This document shows, piece by piece, positions 18,330-36,465 of a stretch of DNA of 64,000 nt (positions are counted from its first letter, which is position 1; each line of letters opens with the position of its first letter). Location of the stretch: assembly GCF_009914755.1 (NCBI RefSeq), contig NC_060930.1. One strand, written 5' to 3'. This DNA comes from the human T2T-CHM13v2.0 reference genome, Homo sapiens. The translations under genes and the position numbers were made by a program. Below the pieces are notes generated by a model. It had not been told where the DNA came from. It did no database searches and saw only the letters and a list, made by a program, of their open reading frames with translations.

Positions 18330-18692
<363 letters not shown>

Positions 18693-19069
18693 TTAGGATT
18701 TCTGCTCACACAAAAACTTTCCATGAATGTTTATAGCAGCTTTCCTTGTAATAGCCAAAAACTGGAAACAACCCGGATGTCCTTTGATAAGTAAGTGGTT
18801 ATAAAACAGCTTTGCTAGATCCACATTATGGAACATCACTCAGCAACAGAAATAATGAACTATCACTACAGTCAACACCCTGGATGGATCTCCAGAGATG
18901 CTGGGTGACAAAAGTCAATCCCAAAAGATTACATACTGTATGATTTCATTGACATAACATTCTTGAAATGACAAAATTATAGAGATGGAGAACAGATTAG
19001 TGGTTGCCAGTGGTTAAAGAAGACATAAGGACAAGAGAGAAGCAGGTTAAAGAAGACATAAGGGCAAGA

Positions 19070-19240
19070 GAGGCGGGTGGGTCATGAGGTCAGGAGTTCA
19101 AGACCAGCCTGGCCAACATGGTGAAACCCTGTCTCTACTAAAAACACAAAAATTAGCTGGGTGTGGTGGCGAGCACCAGTAATCCCAGCTACTCAGGAGG
19201 CTGAGGCAGGAGAATCATTTGAACCTGGGAGGCGGAGGTT
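19070..19240 (+). mobile_element. Internal Alu segment with no 5' end, tail or TSD; local copy of 17782-17952
   Basis: Shares private variants aaaaacacaaaa, gcgagcaccagtaat, gaatcatttgaa. Confidence 0.85.
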
Positions 19241-19460
19241 ATAAAAAGGCAACAGGAAGGATCTTCTGGAGATATAAATGTTTTCTTTCTTGACTGTTTT
19301 AATGTTGATATCATGGTTATCATATTTTAGTATAGTTTTGCAGGGTATACTATTAAGGGAAACTAGGCAAAAGGTATAGGAGATTTCTCTGTCTTATTTC
19401 TTACAGCTTCATGTGACTCTATAATCTCAAAATAAAAAGTTTAATTATATATATATATTA

Positions 19461-19840
<380 letters not shown>

Positions 19841-20559
19841 TTAAGCTATTCAGACAGCCAAAGTTTCAAAGAAAGGCCCTAATATGAGCTCTAGGAAAAG
19901 GCAAAAATGCAGGCACAGATGGGCTAGCTCCTTAAGGCTAACAAGTACCCATTCACTGGAGGAGGCAACCCTAAAATGTGATCAGGTGACAAGTGGCCCC
20001 ACGGTCCTGAGGAGCAGGCACTCTAACCCATGTAAAATAAACCGGACACATGGAAATTGTAATGTGAGGAGAGTGTGGAAGCCAGGGAAGGGATGCTGTA
20101 ATGACAAGTGCAAACAGAGAGCGGGGAGTTTCCATGGAGTCTGGAAAGCTGGAGGGCAAAACACTGGGTGTTTTCCAGCACCGACCAGAGCAGAACATGG
20201 CTGGCCAATGTAAACATCCAGTCCACTGGGCAAACATACTCCTCACTGAAGGAGGATGTTTCACGGGGACAGCCACCGTGTGATAAAAATATACCCTCTA
20301 GGAAATCCAGTTTCCTTTGCCCAGGGTTCTAAACTCATCAAGCAACCTTCCGATCTTAATTTGATTTTTGATGGTTTCCTCACTGGAAGAGAAGGCGCTA
20401 ACAGTATCCAGTCTGCTAAATGATTGTGTTTTCCTGCCTTATCACCCCCCATGGTTTTTGGCATTGGGTATTTTGTTCTAAATTGTTTTCTCTCTCAGGC
20501 GTAATAGTATTTTCCCTCTAACAAGAATATAAACCCCCCTAAGCAAAGGGATAGAGTTG

Positions 20560-20655
20560 ACAAACATGTATTAAGCACCTCCTGTGTGCTTGGAACTGTG
20601 CAAGAATCAAAGGCAAGATGCCAGCAGATGTGATTCCTGCTCTCAGTGAGTGCTG
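20560..20655 (-). mobile_element. L2 3' fragment
   Basis: caaacatgtattaagcacctcctgtgtgc. Confidence 0.5.
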
Positions 20656-20694
20656 GTTCCCTGGGGCTCCTGTACCCCCTGGGCTGGTGGTCAT

Positions 20695-20915
20695 GGTGGT
20701 ATGGCCAAGAGTGTGGGCTCCAGAATCAAACCGGTGGAGTCCAGATTCTGGCTCCAGTGTTTCCTGTCTGCATGACCTTGAGCAATTTACCCAATCTCTC
20801 TGACCTTCAGTGTTCTCATCTCTAAAGTGGGAATGATACCTCACAATGTGGTTGTGAGGATTCAATGAGTTAATTTGGATACAATTAAGTACCAGAGACA
20901 TAGTAAGCATTTATT
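20695..20915 (+). mobile_element. MIR
   Basis: tgaccttgagcaatttacccaatctctctgaccttcagtgttctcatctctaaagtggg...gttgtgaggatt. Confidence 0.85.
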
Positions 20916-21007
20916 AGATGGGAAGTCTTGTTACTCTGATAATCATTCTCATAACCAAGAGGTCTCAGATTTCTCCGTCCTTGGGGATGCCACTTCCCTC
21001 TACTGCC

Positions 21008-21973
21008 TATAAACCAAAAAGTGTCTGAGACAGATCTCAGTCCATTTAGAGGTTTATTTTGCCAAGGTTGAGGACGTGCCTGGGGAAAAGAGGCAAGTTA
21101 CGGTAGGATGAGAGGCCTGTGCTTTTTCCAGAAAGAGTTTTTAGAACTTCAGTATTTAAAGGGGAAAGAGTGGACAGGAGGGGAAGGAGGAAAAGAAAGG
21201 GGAAAAAAGAAAGTGGGGAGGGTAGGAGGTGAGGTGGTTACATCTTGTGAGGCTTTGATTGGTGCTCTCGAAATCCACATTTTACATGTGAAAAAAAAGA
21301 AGAGTGAGGAGAGTCAACTATGCATTCATGTCATGCTTCATTTTACATAAGATAAAGTAAGCATACCAGCCTGGGCAACATGGCAAAACCCTGAGTCTAC
21401 AAAAAAAAAAAAAAATTAGCCAGGTGTAGTGCACACACCTATAGTCCAGCTACTTGGGAGGCTGAGATGGGAGGATCACTTGAGCCAGGAGGTTAAGGCT
21501 GCAGTAAGCCATGATCACACCACTGCACTCCAGCCTGGGCAACAGAGTGAGACCTTGTTTCAAAACAAATAATAAATAACAAAATAAGCATAGAGTAGAG
21601 GAAGAAGTAAAATATGCATTTGTCTCAGGATAGGTGGAGGGATGGTTTCTAGTCTTGTTTTTGTCCCGTACCTGTGAAGATAGGCTATTAATTTATTTAC
21701 ATTGTCAGGGTGAGATTCAACAGAACTCTGTTTTAGGGTTAGTTTATAGAGGGAATATGCATTCTGAGAGATTTGGGTGTCCACAAGGAATTTCCTTGTG
21801 AGCAATTTGTGAGGAAGTCCTCGTCAGCGGGATAGGTGGCCTTCTATCATTGCAGCTAGATAACTGTTTGGGAACAAAAAGGAAGGTGATTTTTTGCATG
21901 ACTCAGTTCCCAAGCTTAACTTTCCCTTTGGCATAGTGAGTTTGGGGTCCCAAGATGTTACCTTCCTTTCACA
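21008..21973 (-). mobile_element. MER4-family ERV1 solo LTR
   Basis: ggtttattttgccaaggttgagga; ends ...ttcctttcaca (reverse of TGTGAAAGG); flanks tgcc/tacc. Confidence 0.85.
21366..21585 (+). mobile_element. 5'-truncated AluJ inside MER4
   Basis: TSD taagcata. Confidence 0.9.
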
Positions 21974-22732
21974 TACCCAACTAACTTGTTTGGCCATGCA
22001 AGGTCCAATTATTTACCAAGTTCCCCTCTCCCAGCATCTAGGAACCCTGGAGAGTGCAGAGAAGCTCTATAAATCTGCCTTGGTTGTCACTTGCCACAAA
22101 CCAGCATCTGGCTCAAGCCCATTGCCCTTCAGACCCTCGATAGGCATCTTCAGACCAGCTTCTATTCTCCACTGTGGCCACCTCCACCAGCCCCAAGAGT
22201 GGGCCAAGCCTGCCCTCCTTCCCACACAGTGCTGCCTGAGGCCAGGCCTTCACATTCATCATGTGGCCTTTGGAAGGCTTGGGGATAACCAAAGAAGCTG
22301 AGCCCAGAAAATTCTGAACATGTTTCAGAGTCTTGGCTCACCATTCTGTTTCAGGGACTGCCTCTCTAAAAAAGAAACCACGAAGGCTCCAGGCCTCATA
22401 TCATTTGAGGCCCCCAGAGAAGAAAAAAAAAAAAAAGGGTCCTGATTTGTTTTGTTTTGCTTTAAATGGAAACTGAATCTCAAACATGCAACTCTGCCCA
22501 CCAAGAAGACAGTCTTGTTCAATTCGTGTGTAGAGAAGTTGAGCCACATGCCTCCAACTTCCACATAGCCCAAATCTCTTTGCTTTACCTTTACATTTGC
22601 AGGTCTGTGAGATCCAATATTGAGGGAGTCAGAACCATGGGACCTCCCTGCAGCAAAAATACACTGTTGTCACCACTTCAGTGGAAGTCTGAATCCATCT
22701 ATAACCACAGAGGCTTGAAAAATCTTGAGGCT

Positions 22733-23140
<408 letters not shown>

Positions 23141-23269
23141 TCACATTTCCACCAAGTATCTAAACACAGTATTCATCAGGAGAAATTCCAGTCTGACCTC
23201 CCGAATTCCTTAAAAAAGAAAAGAAAACATTGAAGAGAAATAAAGCAAAGCCCACCCAAACCCTCATTT

Positions 23270-23592
23270 GCGCCATGCGTGGTGGCTCACGCCTGTAATC
23301 TCAGCACTTCAGGAGGTCAAAGCAGGCAGATCACTTGAGCTCAGGCATTGGAGACCAGCCTGGGCAACATGGTGAGACCACCGTCTTTACAAAAAATTTA
23401 AAACATTAGCTGGGTGTGGCAGCACACACCTGTGGTCCCAGCTACTCAGGAGGCTGAAGGGGGAGGATCACTTGAGCCTGGGAGGTTGAGGCTACAGGAA
23501 GCTATAATTGTGCCACTGCATTCCAGCCATGGCAACAGAGCAAGACCTTGTCTCAAAAAATAAATAAATAAATAAAAATAAAATAAAATAAA
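23270..23592 (+). mobile_element. AluJ
   Basis: Full dimer with (TAAA)n tail. Confidence 0.93.
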
Positions 23593-23612
23593 TTATCATT
23601 CTCCTTCCCTCC

Positions 23613-24611
<999 letters not shown>

Positions 24612-25960
24612 CTCCCAGTTCTCTGCCCCAGGACTTGTCCTGGAGCTACTCCTTTCTCCTGTTTAAGTTGTTTATCCCCATGCTAGGTTAAATCAGCCAA
24701 GGCTCTACTCATCAGCCTGAATAGGGCAGCCAGGCCAGCAGAAGGAAAACAATCTTCCCTAAAAGTTCAGTGGAAAGTTGTGCAGACGCGTGCTTCCATT
24801 TGTCATTGTCGTTGTTTCTCCTACTTTGTAGGTTACCTAGTGAGAGGCAGTTTTCCCCAACAGTTATCATTAAACAGGTGGCTTTCTCATGTCAACTACA
24901 CATTTGCCCTTGAACTTGGCCAACAACTCACCTAGTTTGATTATTTTATTTTACAAAAGAAAAGTCAAAAAGTGTTCAAAAGAGAAGAAAAGGAGAAGAA
25001 GAAGAAAGAGGAGGGGAGATGAAAAGAAGTAAGATAAGGAAAAGTGAGAGGGGAGAGAAAAAGAACACGATTGAACATTTTCTGTGCAGCAAGGGAAGCG
25101 CCACCAGCCGTTAAAGAGGTCGTTAAAGACAGTCTGTTCATTTTCCCTGCACATTCTGGGGATCCCAAAATAAGATCCATGGGAGATGACATTACACTTT
25201 TCCAAAACACCTTTCTGAGAACACCTCCCACAATGTGTCAAAACAAATGAAATTCTACATCTCTGCTTATAAATATTTTCCCCCAGCAACAAATGAAAGC
25301 TGTGATTCTACAGATACCTCGTGGCTTCCTGTTCCTTAGAAGGGGTGTAGAGGCAGAGACATTTGCGGCAGCATCATTTTTATACTATGAGTGAGCACAC
25401 ATTTACATAATTCCATTCAAAAATAACTGATTGAATATACATAGTATTATATAAATATGTATCAATACCTATGAGAACTAAATTAAGAGAAGCTAGTCAG
25501 AACCAGGCAGTGTGTGGGAGCCCCCTCAATTCCTGCAGCAGGGTTGGGCTGCCTGACTTTGGGGAACAGATGCTATTTGAGTACCGGGGCATTATTCACC
25601 TAGAACTGCCCTGTGTCCATCCCTGATCCCATAGCACGGTGGATAAATAAAATCTGTGCTCATGCATTAGATCAGCATGAATTACCACTGAAAATACATA
25701 TAAGATGCAGGAATTGCATCTTTATTTCCAAACATATTTGTTATGAAAGACTCAGAGATTGGGGAAACCAGGGGAAAATGTTAGCATTTCTTAGGAAGGT
25801 TTCGAGTTGCATCTGCTACTTGAATACTTAAACTGAGCGAGTGGCCTTAAAGATATTAATAAATACCTATTGAAACGCAACGAATTTGGGAGAGAAGAAG
25901 ACATCCTATGAATTTATTTATTTCTGAATCTTCACTGAAGGAAAAATTAAAACTATTTTT

Positions 25961-26580
25961 TATTAGTCAGCTCTGGTTCCCATAAGAACGTGCCACAGCA
26001 TGGGTGGTGTAAACAGCAGAAATGTATTTTCTTTCAGCTCTCCTCTTCCTAGCTTGCAAGATGGGGGCCTCTTCTCTACGTCCTCATGTGGCCCTTCCTC
26101 TGTGCACAGGAATTCCTGGTGTCCCTGCCTCTTCTTTTTGTTTTAGAGACAAGGTCTCTGTCACACAGGCTGGAGTGCAATGGCAAAATCATAGCTCACT
26201 GCTGCCTCGACCTCCTAAACTCTAGTGATCCTCTCACTTCAATCAGTCTCCCAAGTAGCTGGGAGAAAAATTAACCGGGTTAATTTTTCTTCCTAATTTT
26301 TTGTAAAGATGGAGATCTTGCTATGTTGTTCAGGCTGTTCTCCACCTCCTGGGCTCAAGCTAGCCTCCCCACTCCGGCCTTTCAAAGTGCTGGGATTACA
26401 GGCGTACGCCACTGCACCCATCTCTTCCTCTTCTTACAAGGACACCAATCAGTCTTATAGGATTAAGAACACACCCTTGTGACCTCATTTAACCTTAACT
26501 ACCTCCCTAAAGGCGCTATCTCCAAACACAGCCACATTGAGGGCTAGAGGTTCAATGTATGAATTTTGGTAGGGGGGTAA
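25961..26580 (-). mobile_element. MLT1A-type LTR split by AluJ
   Basis: gacctcatttaaccttaactacctcc...tatgaatttt. Confidence 0.8.
26133..26420 (-). mobile_element. AluJ with internal palindromic rearrangement
   Basis: Reverse dimer; palindrome at 26261-26293. Confidence 0.9.
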
Positions 26581-26591
26581 ATATCCTCCAA

Positions 26592-26838
26592 AGTCCAGTG
26601 GCACGATCTTGGCTCACTGCAACCTCCACCTCCCAGGTTCAAGCGATTCTGCTCAGCCTCCCCAGTAGCTGGGACTACAGTCACCTGCCAATGCGCCCAG
26701 CTAATTTTTTGTATTTTTAGTAGAGACGGGGTTTCACCATATTGGCCAGGTTGGTCGCAAACTCTAGACCTCAGACGTTCCGCCCACCTCGGCCCCACAA
26801 AGTGCTGGGATTACAGGTATGAGCCACTGCACCCCGCC
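26592..26838 (-). mobile_element. Alu lacking its 3' end
   Basis: Reverse Alu with no poly-T. Confidence 0.9.
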
Positions 26839-26863
26839 CAAAGTTCTTTTGAAGTGGCTTCTT

Positions 26864-27431
26864 TGTGTGGGGTAAATACCCAGGGTTCATCATCTCACAC
26901 CAAGAAAATTTAGCACATGGACACATTTGAGGAGTTTAGGAGTGGAGGTTTAATAGGCAAAGTAAAGAGAAAGGAGAACAGCTCTCTCTCTAGTGAAAGA
27001 GATGAGCTTCTGAAAGGGAAAGACCAGCTGGTGGTAGATGCCCCGGATTTTATAGGCAGGCTTGAGGAGGCGGTATCTGATTTACTTAGGGCCCACAGAT
27101 AGGTTCGATCAGGTGTAACGTTTACATAGTGCAGGGAAGGCTGGCCGCCCCACCCTAATCTTATTATGCGAATGAACTTTCCACATGACCGGCACCATCT
27201 TGTTTGCTCCTTACTGTACACAAGGCTGGCAGAGACAGAAGGGAAGCTGGGGCCATCATTTTGAACATGATTGGTACACCTGCCGGCATCTATGTCTGCA
27301 GCTCGATTTTATAGGTTGCTGTTTGTTAGAAAATGATTTGGGGGCTGCTTTTCATTAAAAAGGGAAACCTTACCGAGGACTCCTGTACCTTCACTAACTG
27401 CCTAAGTAATTTCTTCTTAACTCCTATATCA
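26864..27431 (-). mobile_element. LTR9-type ERV1 solo LTR
   Basis: Reverse of tgatataggagttaagaagaaattacttaggcag start and ggtatttacccc end. Confidence 0.7.
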
Positions 27432-27444
27432 CTTTCAAGTTGAA

Positions 27445-27558
27445 TGCCGTGGCTCAGGCCTATAATCCCAGCACTTTGGGAGGCCCACGTGGGCAGATTG
27501 CTTGAGCTCAGGAGTTCAAGACCAGCTTAGGCAAACATAGCAAAACATTGTCTCTACT
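27445..27558 (+). mobile_element. Alu left arm / FLAM_C
   Basis: Monomer ending at tctctacta. Confidence 0.85.
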
Positions 27559-27559
27559 A

Positions 27560-27852
27560 TTTTTTTTTTTAAGATGGAGTCTTACTCTGTCACCTAGGCT
27601 GGAGTGCAGTGGCGTGACCTTGGCTCACTGCAACCTCTGCCTCCTAGGTTCAAGCGATTCTCCTGCCTCAGCCTTCTGAGTAGCTGGAGTTACAGGTGCC
27701 CACCACCACGTCTGGCTAATTTTTGTATTGTTAGTAGAGACAGGGTTTCACTTTGTTGGCCAGGCTGGTCTCGAACTCCTGACCTCAAGTGATCCGCCTG
27801 CCTCAGTCCCACAAAATGTTGGGATTATAGGCGTGAGCCACCGTGCCTGACC
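27560..27852 (-). mobile_element. AluS inserted antisense at the monomer end
   Basis: tctctact repeated on both sides. Confidence 0.93.
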
Positions 27853-29016
27853 ATCTCTACTTTTGTAAGAAAAGAAGGAAACAAAGTGCTTTTAACTAAA
27901 AAGATTGACTATTTCAAATATCTACCAGAGCTAAAATATAGAAACAGACATAGGTTTAGAAATATTGAAGTTGAGGATGATAAGCACAGAATGACTAATG
28001 CATGTGCTGCTCTTCTCCTTGTAGGGGGTGGTTGGGGACAGTTTTTATTTGCTTTGTTCCCCTACCTCTCCACCCCCGTCCCCATTACTCTATATGGACC
28101 CTTTTAACTTCTCAAAACCAAAGTTCATTCATTCTAGGCTATAAGTGCTCTAAGAACAGAGAGCATTTCTTTCTTTCTTCTTTTTTCTTTTTTTCTTTTC
28201 CCTTTTTTTTTTTTTAATACTAGGAAGAGCCAACATCGAAGCATCAGAAAGCAAGGTTGCTATGAATGCTTGGCAGCCATAAGCCAGTAAAGAGGGCATT
28301 TCTGTTTAATTCCATGTAGAGTCAGGCACATATGAGCAGCTCAATAAACACCTGCTGGAAGAATGAATGGTTCCATTCCTTATAAACATGGAATTGGAAA
28401 GAGTAAGTTAGGAGAAGGGCCTCAGCAAGTGGAGGCCAGGCTGAGATGGGCCCTTCTCTCATTCTTCCTAGTCCCCTACCTTCCTGACAGCCAAGGATCT
28501 AAACTCTGTAGACCTGCCATCGTGGCCTCAGGAGAGGGGACATGAAGCCCCAAGTCAAGTCTCTGAGTATCACATGCTTGGAGAATGTTGACCCATGGAT
28601 TGAGAGAAAGTACAACCCAGCTACCCTTCGGTTCCCATGGCCACACACCCAAGAATTGCCAGGGTCCAGGTCAAGGGAGAAGGTAATTATGCCAGAGGTC
28701 ACAAGTGACAACCAACAAGTATTTACTGAGTGCCTGCTCTTTGGTCAGTCAATAAATATTTATTAATTACATATTTTGCATCAAATACAGTACCTGGCAC
28801 TGCAGATGCAAAAGATGAATAAGATGCTCTTGCTCTCTAGGGATGAATATGTGGGTGCCAAGGGGAGATGCAGAGCCCACTGCACTACTGCATCAGGCTT
28901 CTGCTTAGCCCTGACAAGCTCATGTCATGACTGGCAGTTCCTCAGTGTCTGTAAGTAAAGGCCTATCCTGTGTGTGTTCCCTTGAGCAAAACAAAAAGTT
29001 TTCCATTTAAACTCTA

Positions 29017-29664
<648 letters not shown>

Positions 29665-29669
29665 ATGGT

Positions 29670-29782
29670 GGTAGAATTGCTGGAACCCAGGAGTCGGAGG
29701 CTGCAGTGAGCCAAGATCGCGCCACTACACTCTGGCCTGGGGAACAGAGTGAGACTCCATTTCAAATAAATACATAAAATAA
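29670..29782 (+). mobile_element. Alu 3' fragment
   Basis: Right-arm end plus tail. Confidence 0.85.
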
Positions 29783-30479
29783 ACTCTATTTTTTCCTTTT
29801 TCCTTTTTTTTTTTTTAAATGACTGTCCATCAGTTTGACTGGCCCAAGAGGTATAGGCGTGGACTGCAGCGCAATGAGCCAGAGGAATGCCTGGACTGGA
29901 TATTCAACTCAGAGTGACATTTTCACAACTCTGGTCATGAGGCTTGAAGTGACAAACTGCAAGATCAGGATGACTGCTCCCAGATAAGAGTCTGCCCCTG
30001 GTGAGCAGCCATCAGGCAGCTGACAGGGAGCACAGAACAGGGATTATGTACTCGAGTGACAGCCTGGCGTGGTGACCTGGCTTCCTGCCAGGGCCAACCT
30101 CCCTGTTGGCTAAATGACCCAGGGCATTCTCCCCCACAGCAGCGGAATTTTCCAGAGCCTCCTTAACCAGCCTGTTTGCTCCTACCACCACCTTGTGCGT
30201 GAGATTATGCTGGGCGTGACACAGTGATGACACCGTTGCTTGCTCTATAGCTAAACGGGCCAAAGTCAAAATCACAGAAGTCACTTGGATAAGGCAGAAA
30301 CACACAGACACTGCCACGGAGCCAGCAGACTCTCCCAGCAACCCCAGTTCAGGGAGGTGAGCCTTCCTGAAGCAAAGAGTTGCAGCACGGTGCAGTAAAT
30401 ACCACGTTCAACCAAGTGAAGCTGCCAGTATCAGATCATTTTTGCCTACAAAAACAAAACTTTCATATGGTCCAGCAGT

Positions 30480-30870
<391 letters not shown>

Positions 30871-31130
30871 TGACCTGCCTCTGCCAGAAGTGTGCAGAGT
30901 TTGGGAAAATCACAGAGTAAGGGCCAAGATGCTCAAAAAGGCTTCCAGAAGGAAGTCAGGCCTGAGGAAGCTGTACCCTCTGATCCCTGACACAGTGACC
31001 GAAGGCCTTCATCTCATTTGAGTATGCTCAAGTTTGACTCAAGTTACCCAGTGGCTCCTCGCCTACAGAAAGGGAGCTGTCCCCAAGGGTTCAAGTCCCT
31101 CCACACAAATTCACTTCAGGTTCACATTAT

Positions 31131-31460
<330 letters not shown>

Positions 31461-31599
31461 TGAGGAGAAAAAGAATGAATGAGCAAAAACAGAGTGCAAA
31501 TGTGTTCATTAACATAGAAAAAGAAAAGTGCCGGAATGACTGGAATCCCCAGGTATGTGGAGTTGGGGGGCGCTGAGCTTTCCAATTACATTACCTGGT

Positions 31600-31730
31600 G
31601 CGTATTTCGCAAAAACCCCATGGGGGAAATATTGTCATTGAATTTTACAAATGAGGAAGCCTATTGGGAGAGGTGACTGAAGCTAACTGCCCCCAAATTC
31701 TGTACTTGGCAGGGTCAAGATTCTGACCAC
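31600..31730 (-). mobile_element. MIR fragment
   Basis: attttacaaatgaggaagc. Confidence 0.5.
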
Positions 31731-32422
31731 CCTGTTTTCACACCTGCTTCTGCCTTCCAAGCTGGTGGGTACTTTCTGCTCCCAGCAGGAAAATTAACTT
31801 GGGAAATCCTATTAAGATGATCCCACTGCTGGCAGAGTACAGGCCCAGTTTACAAGGAGCCAGAAGGTCTCTGGGAATAGCTTCTGGCTGTGAGCGCCTG
31901 ATTCTCCATCCTCCACCATGCAGCCATCCAGCTGCCAACCAGAAGACAACATGTAACTGGACAGTCAGGGTATGCCTGCCCTGGTCTCTGCTGGAGAAAC
32001 TGGAGACTCACTCTCTCACTCCGGCACCTTTTCCAATATTCCTTATCAGCCACCAAAAGCTACTGCCATTACAACATTACCTCATGATGGGCATATTACA
32101 ATTTCCTAGATTACATCTTATCTGACATTAGCTACATTTTAGGGTTGTTGCTTCCTGGCACTTTAATTTTAAAAGTAAGCTATCTCCAAATCACTGAAGA
32201 GGATGAGTTACAGCTACTTCCATCCATTCTCTGAGCCTCATTTACAGAAACTAACCTTTTCTTCCACAGGCCTGGATTTCAGGGTGCACTCCTGTGCTGG
32301 TTCTATAGCCTTCTAGCCATTAACTGTAATAAGGAATGATAATGTTCTTTATCTCAATTATTTTGTTTTCTATTTTTGGTGGTTGGCATGAGAGGAAGTA
32401 CAGGCAGAATCTGATTGTGTAA

Positions 32423-32777
<355 letters not shown>

Positions 32778-32883
32778 AGGGACTATTTCTTCATATAATT
32801 ATTAACTTTAACTACAGGGATTAGGTATCATATAAAGAGATATCAAAGATATAACTTGGTGCAACATTACCATATAATCATCA

Positions 32884-33239
<356 letters not shown>

Positions 33240-33467
33240 GAACGTGTTTTTACAAAATATAACTTGCCCACATTGTATACCCTACCACTAATGAGACAAA
33301 GAAAAACCTCCGATGGAGTATTTGAGGAGCGGATGGGCATTGAAATCACTGTCTGTTTGACTTTCCTCCATTTGTTTCCAGATGGCAACCGCCAATAGTG
33401 TAAGGAGGAAAGGAGGAAAGGAGATGGAGACTTCATTCAGTTCCTCAGGAAATCCACTCCCTTCTAG

Positions 33468-33945
<478 letters not shown>

Positions 33946-34025
33946 TTTATCTGTTATCTAATGTCTTCAGGTTTTTGTGGCTGAATTTGGATGAAGGGAT
34001 TGAAGGCTAAAAATTATAAAGTATA

Positions 34026-34639
<614 letters not shown>

Positions 34640-34779
34640 TAGGTGCAGTGCCTTTGATCAGGCAATATTATCTAGCTAGAATGTGAAGACACTGTTTTTC
34701 AGCATGTTTCTTTTTAGAGTTATCTTCTCCGTATAGCAAGTGATAGAAAATTTCCATTTATATTAGCAAAAAGAAGCTT

Positions 34780-35062
34780 TTTATTTTTTATCTTAAAATT
34801 TTCAAAATAAAAAACAGAAAGAATAGTACAATGAATAACCATATCCTCACCACAGAGATTCAACCATTCTTTACAATCTCATCTATAATTTATTTTTTGT
34901 CCAAAAACTTAAAACTAAATTACAGACATTGTGACACTTTTCTCCTGAAATACTTCAACATGCAATTCCAGAAAACAAGAATATTCTTCCACAAAATCAT
35001 TACCCATTATCACACATAATAACATTAATAATTCCCTCATGCTGTCTAGCCCATGTTCAATT
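34780..35062 (-). mobile_element. L1MC4/5-type 3' fragment
   Basis: gaatagtacaatgaa...aaattacagacat...aaatacttcaacatg. Confidence 0.55.
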
Positions 35063-35216
35063 AGGAAGGTGGTTTTTGTTAAATAAATTCACTTTAAACA
35101 TGTGAGATGATTGAAAGAAGAAAACATTAGGTAAATAATAGTAAATAATAATATAGGTGATATATGGATATGGGCAAAAGTCTGATGATGGCGGGTTTTA
35201 TAAAACTCTAGCTTGA

Positions 35217-35426
<210 letters not shown>

Positions 35427-35505
35427 CTAGCACCAGAGAATGCTTTCAAGTTTTCAACACTATGATCTAGCCTAAGCTGCAATTGGTATGCTAGCTTAAA
35501 AACTA

Positions 35506-35953
<448 letters not shown>

Positions 35954-36015
35954 TCAAAAAATAAGTGTGTTGGGAAGAACAGTGAAAAAATGAAGTATAG
36001 GAATAAAAAGAGAAT

Positions 36016-36237
36016 AACATGTCTCCAAATGTAGGATGGGGTTACAACTTGATAAGGCCATCTTAAATTGAAAATTTCTGTAAGTCAAAAGTGTGTTTTC
36101 AACTTGGGATATTTTCAACTTACGATAGGCTTCTCCAGAGGTAACCCTATCATAAGTTGAGGAAAATAGTGAATGCATATGGCTTTCACACCACCGTAAA
36201 GTCATAAGTCCAACCACCATAAGTCAGGGACATCTGT
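36016..36237. mobile_element. MER47/Tigger5-type MITE with internal fold-back
   Basis: gatggggttac...ttttcaacttacgat...gtaaccctatcataagt...cataagtcagggacatctg-TA. Confidence 0.7.
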
Positions 36238-36324
36238 ATACACGAGCATAATTAGAGGTTATCTCTGGGAGGTATGACAAGGGGCAATTTGTCCTCTCTG
36301 CGGTATCAGTCTCAACCTTACAAG

Positions 36325-36465
36325 CTGTAGAATCAGGCTGCCTGGTTTGAATTCTGGTTATGCCACTATCAGCTGTGGACCCTTGAACTGATTACTTGAG
36401 ATCTCTTTGTTTCAGTTAACTCACCTATAAAACAGGAGGAAACAGTAGTTTCTACCCTATGATAC
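36325..36465 (+). mobile_element. MIR
   Basis: aatcaggctgcctggtttgaattctgg...tcacctataaaacagg. Confidence 0.65.

Noticed and set aside
24978-25065. Purine-rich tract as an H-DNA element
   Set aside because: Low-complexity sequence without a clear long mirror repeat
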